DNA of 60,049 nucleotides from Hyalangium minutum (GTDB lineage Bacteria; Myxococcota; Myxococcia; Myxococcales; Myxococcaceae): NCBI RefSeq assembly GCF_000737315.1, contig NZ_JMCB01000040.1, positions 1 to 60,049 of the forward strand, read 5' to 3'. Shown piece by piece: positions 52,663 to 60,049 of this stretch (position 1 is its first letter; each line of letters starts with the position of its first letter). The notes under the pieces were generated by a model. It saw only the letters and a program-made list of their open reading frames with translations, ran no database searches and was not told where the DNA came from. The position numbers and the translations under genes were made by a program.

Positions 52663-52764
52663 TTGGCTTGTTCTGGAGAAAATGCTGGCATTTCTTCGCC
52701 GATGGTAGTGTCGTGAACTCAATACTCCAGAGGTAACTACTCCAGAGATAACTGAGAGGGCTCC

Positions 52765-54621
52765 ATGGGCGTGGCGATCGTTGTTCTGGCCTGGACCACC
52801 TTGGCGGGAGCCACGGTGGATCCGAAATGTGACGCGAGCCGCTTCGCAAAGCCGCCGGGCAGCGCGGCACGATGGACGGTCAACGTGGATGGGACCGTCG
52901 ACGTAGGACCGTCTCCAGAGCCGCTGATCCGATTCGAGGCTGATGGACCGGCCCCCCTCACCGTGAGCGTCGAGGCCACGGGGGAGCGCCAATTGCTGTG
53001 CGGCCAAGTGACACCCGGAACGCTCTACCAGCTCCCGCTCAAGCCGGACGATAAATCACCGCAGACCGTGCTAACCATCAAGCTGAGCGGGAACGCGCGC
53101 AATCCGCTGGAACAGCAGCGGTGGGACGAACAGGCAGAGGCCGTACGGTCGGAAAACCTGCTGCGAACCACCTTGATCGAAGCACAGGCAGTGGACGACG
53201 CGCTCGACCTGAAGCCGCTCCGTGAACAGATGCGGGACTACGGCCAGGACGTGAGTCAGCCTCCTCCCAGGAAACTCTCGACCGATGTCGCGGCCGTGCT
53301 CAAGGAAGCACAAGCGCGCGCGTCCTGTGGCCCCGGCTACCTCGGCTCTCCAGTTCTTGCTCGGTGCGCGCGTGCCCAAGAAGTCGCCTCAGCCTTGTAC
53401 AGCTTGACGCAGCAGATGAGCCGCTATGGCACGGCGCCAGCGGATGACTCGGAAACAGCGCGCAGAGAGTTCGAACTCCAAGTCGCGTGGTTGAGGCTCA
53501 AACCGCTGACGGAGGGCACGTTTACGCCCAAGGAGATCCAGTCCTACTGCGCGGAGATTGCTCCGAAGCTCCTGTGGTTTGACGCTCCCGAGCAGGTCTT
53601 GCTCAATGTCATCCAGGTTCCTTTTGGAGGGCCCGACACGACGGTGCACCACATTGTCTGGAAGCGAGGAAAGCACACCGTCAAGAATCAGAAGCCGGAG
53701 CGTGCGGTCTCTTTTGTCATCTCGAGCGCGCCGCATGGCACCGACATCACGGTCGAGGCCAAGGAGCGCACAGGCGAGAAGAGGGATATCGCCCAGATCC
53801 TTTCTGGTTTTGCGGCGATCATTCTACGGACGCTTCCGGCCGGGCCTCCTCTGAAGGGTTATGCGGCTGATAAGGAGTGGACCGAGGCCGAAGGATTCTC
53901 GGAAGCATGCAAGGATCTCAAGCCCAAGCCACCCTCCAACATCGCTCCGCTCGAACCCTTGACGAGCCACGCGTACGTCCTGGCTGAGATGCCTGACGCC
54001 ACCGTGGACATCTTGTTCTGCGAAGGAAAGACGTGTCCCAAGGACGTCAGCACCATCACCCGCGCCGAGGTGAAGCCCAGGCCGAGCGCCTCCTGGGCGC
54101 TCCTGGCCGAATTCGGGCTCAACAGTGCATTGGCGAAGTCGGACGCTGGCTGGGCCATGGGAGCCCCTCGGTTCGAGTCCACTGGCGGTGCCTCCGGTCC
54201 CGAGACCCTCTTCGAGCTGCGCTACCCGTTCGATGCCCGGCGCCTGGTGACGGGCTCTCTGCTCCTTGGCTCCCGGTTCTGCGATGACACGTGGTTCGTG
54301 GGGGCTGGCCCGACGCTGCTCGTTGGCTCTGGCGGCGGCGCATTGACCCAGCTGAATGTGCGCGCGGGCGTTCGTCTCCGCAGGGGGCTCTATTTCACGT
54401 TCGGCGGGGGCATGCGGTTCGTCACCGTTGCCACGGACTATTCTCCAGGCGACCTCATCGCGATGCCAGGGGCGGCAGGCACGGCAAAGGCTCCGGAGGG
54501 CTTCAGGACAGCACAGACCGTCGTGCCCGTCGTGTCCGCGGGACTGAGCTTCGATCTCGCGGTGCTTGGGACGGCCGCCGATTCACTGGTGTCTGTCATT
54601 GGAGCGGGAGCGAAAAACTAA
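52765..54621 (+). CDS. Secreted hypothetical protein, 618 aa
   Basis: Signal-like N-terminus, paired Cys, C-terminal Gly/aromatic alternating beta-strand-like segments. Confidence 0.75.
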   Translation: MGVAIVVLAWTTLAGATVDPKCDASRFAKPPGSAARWTVNVDGTVDVGPSPEPLIRFEADGPAPLTVSVEATGERQLLCGQVTPGTLYQLPLKPDDKSPQTVLTIKLSGNARNPLEQQRWDEQAEAVRSENLLRTTLIEAQAVDDALDLKPLREQMRDYGQDVSQPPPRKLSTDVAAVLKEAQARASCGPGYLGSPVLARCARAQEVASALYSLTQQMSRYGTAPADDSETARREFELQVAWLRLKPLTEGTFTPKEIQSYCAEIAPKLLWFDAPEQVLLNVIQVPFGGPDTTVHHIVWKRGKHTVKNQKPERAVSFVISSAPHGTDITVEAKERTGEKRDIAQILSGFAAIILRTLPAGPPLKGYAADKEWTEAEGFSEACKDLKPKPPSNIAPLEPLTSHAYVLAEMPDATVDILFCEGKTCPKDVSTITRAEVKPRPSASWALLAEFGLNSALAKSDAGWAMGAPRFESTGGASGPETLFELRYPFDARRLVTGSLLLGSRFCDDTWFVGAGPTLLVGSGGGALTQLNVRAGVRLRRGLYFTFGGGMRFVTVATDYSPGDLIAMPGAAGTAKAPEGFRTAQTVVPVVSAGLSFDLAVLGTAADSLVSVIGAGAKN

Positions 54622-55610
54622 TGCGCGCACTCATGAAGGTGTGTCTCGCAGGCCTCTTGGCCTTGAGCTGTGTTCCCGAGGAGCGGCGAACGCTCTCCCC
54701 GGAGGTCAACATCCGTGCCTCCGACGGGCTCCAGACCCTACCGTGGGTTCCGGGAGGGAAGTTCACGGTCAAGGTCAGCGTCCCCAAGCCGGAGAACGGC
54801 CAGCTCTGCGGGCCGCTCAACGCGCGGGCGGACATCACCACGCCAACGCTGGATACCGGTGCGGTGGTCACCTCGACCTTCGCGTTGAAGCAGGAGGGCA
54901 ATTGCGGCGCCTACGCAGGGCTCACCGAGCTCGCTTGGCCGACGGGCGGTCACTTCCAAGCCCGCGTGAGCGTCGTGGGCGAGGAGCAGGTGTTCGACCT
55001 CCACATGGACGAGCCGAAGGTCGAGCTCGTGCGTGGGAACCCGACACGTAAAGGCGGGCAGCTGACCGTTCCTCTGTGCATCGTCAGCTCAGCAGCCCGC
55101 GGAGCGGTGAACCTCACGGTGGAGGGGGGCACCCTGGATGATGGGCAGACTGCCCGCCGGATCAACCTCGGGACGATCCCCTGCGATGATCAGGGTGTCC
55201 TGGAGGGCCCGAGGAAGAGCTGGGCCAGCGCCGTGCTTTTCACCATGGCCGAGCGCGCCATCATGCGAGCCGACCTCGAGGGACGCGCGAACGATGTGCT
55301 CCCCGTCGAACTGCTTCCCGATCTCGAGTCGCTCGAGCTGGACCTGACATTCCAACCAAGCACGCTGCCGCCTCCGGGCTCTGTCTTCGCGGTCACCGTC
55401 ACCGCCACCGTCGCCGGAGGTATCGCCGACGGCGTGCCCGTGCGCATCGAGACGACGCCGGAGGCCGAGATCCTCCCCGTGAACGGCGTCACGGATGAGC
55501 AAGGCACCTTCACCGCGTACATCACCGTGCCCGAGGGCATCGTGTCGATGCGGATCGATGCCACCAGCGGAGCGCTCCGCAGAGGCAAGACCCTTGCTGA
55601 TTCCCCGTGA
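54621..55610 (+). CDS. Hypothetical lipoprotein, beta-rich (Ig-like)
   Basis: TAATG overlap with upstream gene; lipobox LALSC; Val/Thr-rich strands. Confidence 0.7.
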   Translation: MRALMKVCLAGLLALSCVPEERRTLSPEVNIRASDGLQTLPWVPGGKFTVKVSVPKPENGQLCGPLNARADITTPTLDTGAVVTSTFALKQEGNCGAYAGLTELAWPTGGHFQARVSVVGEEQVFDLHMDEPKVELVRGNPTRKGGQLTVPLCIVSSAARGAVNLTVEGGTLDDGQTARRINLGTIPCDDQGVLEGPRKSWASAVLFTMAERAIMRADLEGRANDVLPVELLPDLESLELDLTFQPSTLPPPGSVFAVTVTATVAGGIADGVPVRIETTPEAEILPVNGVTDEQGTFTAYITVPEGIVSMRIDATSGALRRGKTLADSP

Positions 55611-55622
55611 GGTACCTCGGCC

Positions 55623-56645
55623 ATGGAACTCGCTAGCGCACGTGCCTTGAAGGAGGAGCTGTCCGCGGAGTTGGACAGGATTGCGGCGGGGGAAGTCACC
55701 CCGCTCATGGAGATGATGTCCGCGACGATGGACTCACGCACCAAGGCCCTGGCCCCTTATCACCTCGTGCCCCACGGCGTGGCCCTTGGAGTGGCGGTGG
55801 GTTCCGAAATCGACGACTACCGCCTCGCGCTCCGGATCCAGGTGCAGAGCCCGGCCTCCACTTCCTTCACCAGCTATGCCGTGGGACTTGCTCGGAACGA
55901 AGCAGACGTCCGGTCCATCGGACTGCTCACCTTGGGCAGGGATGCATCGGCGGGGATGCCCCCATACTGCGAGGAAGTCCGTCCCATCAAGCCAGGCTAT
56001 TCCATCGGCCATCCCATCGTGGGAGCGGGCACGATCGGCGCCCTGGTCGAGGACCAAAACGGGAGGCACGGAATCCTGTCCAACAGCCACATCCTGGCCG
56101 TGGCGGGGCTCGCGACAAAGCGAGACAACATCCTGCAGCCTGGAGCGCTGGACGGGGGCCGGGAGCCCGCGAACGTCGTCGCATCGCTCGAACGTTTCGT
56201 CAGCCTCGAGCGCGGGCGAGGAGGTAGCAACGTGGTGGACGCGGCCTATGCACTCCTCAAGAACGGCGTCCGCCTGGACCCCACCTATGACGGAAAGCCC
56301 ATGCAGCGCGTAGTCCCCGCGAGGGAGCTCGCGGAGAACATGAATGTCTGGAAGCTCGGCCGGAGCACGGGGAAGACCAGGGGCAAGGTGTCCGTCGTGA
56401 ACTGTGACAATCTCCAAGTGCGGCTCGGGGGCGTCATCTACTCGTTCGATGATCAGCTCGAGGTGGAGAGCGATTCGCCCTTCTCCCAAGAGGGTGACTC
56501 CGGCGCCGTCGTGCTTAATGACAAAGATGAGGGGATCGGGCTGCTGCTTACGGGCTCCGAGCGCGGCGGAAGTAACGGCAAAGGCCTGACGTATGCCAAC
56601 CCGCTGGAGACCGTGCTGAAGAACCTCAAGCTCAAGCCCCTGTAG
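55623..56645 (+). CDS. Trypsin-like serine protease (Nal1-like), no signal peptide
   Basis: GTIGALV, ILSNSHIL (His), VVDAA (Asp), SQEGDSGAVV (Ser). Confidence 0.82.
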   Translation: MELASARALKEELSAELDRIAAGEVTPLMEMMSATMDSRTKALAPYHLVPHGVALGVAVGSEIDDYRLALRIQVQSPASTSFTSYAVGLARNEADVRSIGLLTLGRDASAGMPPYCEEVRPIKPGYSIGHPIVGAGTIGALVEDQNGRHGILSNSHILAVAGLATKRDNILQPGALDGGREPANVVASLERFVSLERGRGGSNVVDAAYALLKNGVRLDPTYDGKPMQRVVPARELAENMNVWKLGRSTGKTRGKVSVVNCDNLQVRLGGVIYSFDDQLEVESDSPFSQEGDSGAVVLNDKDEGIGLLLTGSERGGSNGKGLTYANPLETVLKNLKLKPL

Positions 56646-56979
56646 TCCTCCCAGATGCCGAAGCCTGGCGGGAGGCGGGTTGAAAGTTTGCCCTGCAGCG
56701 TCGAAGGGCACAGCGACAGGGGCTGTACGGTGCTCCCAGTCCTCGCATGCTCGACTCCCCTCGCCCCTCTTCCTCGCTCGTGGCGGAGCGGGGCATTGGG
56801 GGGGATGGGGCTCGCCGGCCCCATATTTGGCTCACCTGATAGATGAAGGGATACTCGCGGGGCACGCGGACCTCAGCACAGAGGGTGCGTGGGAATACGG
56901 CCATTCATGATATCGACCGGCGCTCCACTCCTTTCGCCCATCCCCGCGATCTGTCTACTCCATCCCAAAGGTACCCGAC

Positions 56980-57378
56980 ATGTCCAAGCGTGACGCGATC
57001 TTCCCGGCAAACCGCCATGGGCTGTACGAAGCGCATCGCTACTCTGCCGCCATCCGCTCCGGCGATCTTCTCTTCGTATCCGGGCAGGTCGGCAGCCGTG
57101 AGGACGGCTCGCCTGAGCCGGTTTTCGCGGATCAGGTCCGGCGAGCCTTCGCCAACCTGCGCGCGGTCCTGTCGGCAGCGGGATGCACCTTCGACGACGT
57201 GATCGACGTCACCACCTTCCACACCGACCCGGAGGCTCAGTTCGAAACGATCATGGCCGTACGCGGCGAGGAAATCGGCGAGCCGCCCTACCCAAACTGG
57301 ACTGCGGTTGGCGTGAACTGGCTTGCCGGCTTTGACTTCGAGATCAAGGTCATCGCCCGCATTCCTGCGGCCGAGTGA
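56980..57378 (+). CDS. RidA/YjgF/UK114-family protein
   Basis: YSAAIRSGDLLFVSGQVG, YPNWTAVGV, FEIKVIA. Confidence 0.9.
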   Translation: MSKRDAIFPANRHGLYEAHRYSAAIRSGDLLFVSGQVGSREDGSPEPVFADQVRRAFANLRAVLSAAGCTFDDVIDVTTFHTDPEAQFETIMAVRGEEIGEPPYPNWTAVGVNWLAGFDFEIKVIARIPAAE

Positions 57379-57710
57379 GGCCGCTGGAATCCCGAAGGTC
57401 GAGAATGCCCGCTTCCTTGATCTTTCGGCGACGTGACGTCGCACGTCTCCTCTTCGATTGCACGCCGCGAGCAAGCTTCTTGGCCTGGCGGTCGATGGAC
57501 GGCGAGTCTCCTTCACCGAGAACGTCAGCCGGAAGAGGCAAGTGAGCCGCCTGAGGCAGCGGCGAGGCAGGAGCCGCCCCGATGACCGTGAACCTGCCCA
57601 CTGAGTGGAGTGTCAGGACAACGGCGGGGCGCGTTGCGATATGCCGAGGTGGAATCAAAGCCCCGCGTCCAGGCTTCAGGAACGCAGGGCCGTGACTCAC
57701 GAAGGGGACG

Positions 57711-58454
57711 TCAGGACGGTGACGGCGACTTCGCTTCGTCGCTCACGCCGGGCAGCTGGGCGGTGAGCGCCTCGGCCAGCAGCAGCAGTTGCTCCAGGGG
57801 GATGCCCTTGATGTCCACCACCGCCCTGCCCTTCTGGTTGCGAAGCGCGAGCTTCACCAGCGTGCCCTTGCCCTTGGGGAAGCGCTGCGCCACCGCTTCG
57901 GAGTACTGCTCGGCCAGCGCCACCTTCTCCGGGGGCAGCGGCTTGCTGGAGGTGGGCCGGCGCTTGCGCTGCAGCGCCCGGCGCATTTGGTCCACGCTGC
58001 ATGCGCCGAACGGCTGCTCGGTGACATTCCCGTTCTCGTCCGGCACCTCGATGGGCGTGGGGCCCGGGTCCTCGTGGTTCAGCTCCAGCCCGGCCGCCTC
58101 CGCGTACGTCAGCAGCACCGACAGGCATGTGACGCCGAAGCGCCGCGCCACTGGCTCGCTGAAGTTCTCCGCCACCGTCCCGTACACCTTCAGCGTCGGC
58201 AGGGACAGGTCCGCCAGGTGCTGGCTGAAGTACTCCGGCGCATCCTTGTAGCCAGCCTTCTCCGCCAGCTTCTTCTCCACGATGTGGTTGTAGATCTCCC
58301 CCATGCGGTGGTGGTTGGTGTTCTCCTGGGCGAACAGCCCGAGCAGCTCGGTGCGCAGTTGCTCCAGCGGGGTGCCCTCCGGGATGGCGCGGGCGGTGAA
58401 GGTGCTCTCTGAAACGGTGCGGGTGGCTTCCTTGCTCTTGAACAGGCTCAACAT
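57711..58454 (-). CDS. Hypothetical cytoplasmic protein, possibly DNA-binding
   Basis: Intact 247-aa ORF with a decayed paralog at 33.5-34.1 kb; helical N-terminal half with GY..A.EYF...L...S...L..Y..VA..F pattern. Confidence 0.75.
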   Translation of the reverse strand: MLSLFKSKEATRTVSESTFTARAIPEGTPLEQLRTELLGLFAQENTNHHRMGEIYNHIVEKKLAEKAGYKDAPEYFSQHLADLSLPTLKVYGTVAENFSEPVARRFGVTCLSVLLTYAEAAGLELNHEDPGPTPIEVPDENGNVTEQPFGACSVDQMRRALQRKRRPTSSKPLPPEKVALAEQYSEAVAQRFPKGKGTLVKLALRNQKGRAVVDIKGIPLEQLLLLAEALTAQLPGVSDEAKSPSPS

Positions 58455-58791
58455 GAGAGGGGTTTCCCCTGAGGACGCGCCATGCGTCCCCGGCCGCTTG
58501 ACGTTGCGGTTGCACGGCCCTAGAGCACGCGGCGCGCCAACACCTCCGAGCGTGTGAAAACAAGCACTTGCGAAAATGGCCCCCTTACCGGAGTCCGCGA
58601 TCGCGGACGTTACGTCCGCGTTGGGAGACTCTCGTCAAAAAGCGCTGGAAAGTGGAGGGGTTACGAAGGTACTGAGGAGAGAGGGGGCTTCTAACCTCTT
58701 GAATGAACAGGCGTGAGCTTCCGCCGTACACGACAGGGACAGTCCGCGATCGCGGACTCAGGCCGTCGCGCCGGCTCCGGAGCCATCGGCT

Positions 58792-58978
58792 GTCAGGGCT
58801 CACCGGTGAGCCATGGCGGCCAGGGGGTTCCGAGCTGTCGGGTCGTCAGGGCTCACCGGTGAGCCTTGGCGGCCAGGGCTTGTTCCCGAGGCCTCCGGTC
58901 GTCAGGGCTCACCGGTGAGCCTTGGCAGCCAGGGCTTGTTGCCTGAGGCCTCCGGTCGTCAGGGCTCACCGGTGAGCC
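58792..58978. repeat. Four-copy tandem repeat carrying the perfect palindrome GGCTCACCGGTGAGCC
   Basis: GTCAGGGCTCACCGGTGAGCC starts at 58792, 58845, 58901, 58958 (spacing 53, 56, 57). Confidence 0.92.
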
Positions 58979-59012
58979 TTGGCGTCCGCTCTCGCATATA
59001 GGAGAGGGGGAC

Positions 59013-60049
59013 ATGCCAGAACTCACATTCTTTCGCCGGGGCGTGGAAGTGCTCCGCGTCGCGCTGGAGCGCCCGCGCGTGGTGCTCGGCCGCGCCGAGG
59101 ACAGTGACATCGTCATTCCGGATCCTCACGTGAGCCGCCAGCACGCGGCGCTGCGACAGGACGGCTCGCGCTGGCTGCTGGAGGACTTGTCGGGCCAGGG
59201 CATCGTGGTGGCGGGCCAGCGGCTGCAGCACGGGGAGCTCCTGGATGGAACGAGCCTGCAGTTGGGCCAGTGGGTCGCGGTGTTCCGAGAGCGCGGCTCC
59301 GCAGGCCTTGTGGGCCCCACCCGGACACAGCGCGGCACCGAGCTGCAGCCGCGCGAGGGCCCCGAGGAGACCCGCCTGCCGCCCATCCAGGTGCGCGTGA
59401 AGCAAGGCACCACCGAGTACGTGTACACACCGGACCCCGGCAGCTTCACGGTGGGCAAGGACCCGAGCAACGCGGTGGTCATCCAGGACCGGTACATCTC
59501 CAGCCGGCACCTGGAAGTGCGGCAGCTCGATGCGGGCTTCCACGTCCGAGACTTGAGCTCCACCAATGGCACGTACCTGGACGGGGTGCGTCTGTTCGAG
59601 GCGGAGGTGCCACTGAACACGGTGCTGCGGGTGGGCGAGACGGAGCTGTTCTTCGAGCCGCTGCACCTGGGCCCGGAGCCGGCGTCTTTTCACGACATCG
59701 TGGGCACGGCTCCAGCGGTGCGGCACCTGGTGGAGCTCATTCAGCGGGTGGCGCCCTCCCACCTGCCGGTGATGGTGTTGGGCGAGTCCGGCACGGGCAA
59801 GGAGATGGTGGCCAAGGCGCTGCACGCGTGCTCGCCGCGGGCCGAAAAGCCCTTCATCCCCCTCCACTGCGCGGCGCTGGCGCCGGGGGTGCTGGAGAGC
59901 GAGCTGTTTGGCCACGAGAAGGGCGCCTTCACCGGCGCGGACACCCGGCGCACGGGGGCCTTCGAGGCGGCGCACGGCGGCACCCTCTTCCTGGACGAGG
60001 TGGGGGAGATGCCGCTGGAGGTGCAGGCCAAGCTGCTGCGCGTGCTGGA
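59013..60049 (+). CDS. Double-FHA sigma54-dependent transcriptional activator (runs off the window)
   Basis: SD GGAGAGG; FHA motifs [17 protein letters not shown] and GK.......ISSRH...STNGT; [31 protein letters not shown]. Confidence 0.93.
   Translation, partial: MPELTFFRRGVEVLRVALERPRVVLGRAEDSDIVIPDPHVSRQHAALRQDGSRWLLEDLSGQGIVVAGQRLQHGELLDGTSLQLGQWVAVFRERGSAGLVGPTRTQRGTELQPREGPEETRLPPIQVRVKQGTTEYVYTPDPGSFTVGKDPSNAVVIQDRYISSRHLEVRQLDAGFHVRDLSSTNGTYLDGVRLFEAEVPLNTVLRVGETELFFEPLHLGPEPASFHDIVGTAPAVRHLVELIQRVAPSHLPVMVLGESGTGKEMVAKALHACSPRAEKPFIPLHCAALAPGVLESELFGHEKGAFTGADTRRTGAFEAAHGGTLFLDEVGEMPLEVQAKLLRVL

Noticed and set aside
52765-54621. Gasdermin-type pore former next to a trypsin-like protease
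   Set aside because: Too long, has a signal-like N-terminus, and shows no gasdermin features I can recognise
57386-57600. Protein-like minus-strand fragment (VLGEGDSPSIDRQAKKLAR...IKEAGILDLRD)
   Set aside because: Probably a gene remnant, but no family could be assigned
58792-58978. Possible CRISPR mini-array
   Set aside because: The sequences between the repeats are related to each other (units 2 and 3 nearly identical), and no cas genes are in the window
58979-59000. Possible sigma54 -24/-12 promoter (TTGGCGTCCGCTCTCGCA)
   Set aside because: GG to GC spacing is 11 nt rather than the required 10

Overview
High-GC myxobacterial (Cystobacterineae-like) chromosomal segment; genus cannot be fixed from sequence alone. 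1-6 kb looks like core genome (RlmI-type methyltransferase, YkgJ protein, lipoprotein, glycerate kinase, GT39-TPR protein, nicotinamidase). 6-29 kb holds a sensory and redox block: periplasmic binding lipoprotein plus hybrid kinase, a fused MFS/spermidine-synthase-like protein, a guanidine-III riboswitch with Gdx/SugE, a secreted RNase T2 divergent from a single-chain xanthine-oxidoreductase-like enzyme and a CxxCH protein, MFS/LysR, IorAB-type Mo enzyme with a diheme protein, and a catalase-like peroxidase. From about 31 kb the window is a mosaic of accessory genes and scars: an actinohivin-like lectin, a deleted remnant of a regulator/toxin cassette, a LysR/AKR cluster, a NadR-like protein, a MYXO-CTERM surface protein, a Zn-ribbon/ADP-ribosyltransferase-like protein, a DUF6310/DUF5953-type toxin-immunity pair, a subtilase, an Flp pilin, an IS91-like remnant, a three-gene protease operon, and a palindrome-rich region between a hypothetical gene and an FHA-sigma54 activator. 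All family calls are from motif recognition by eye; no searches were run.
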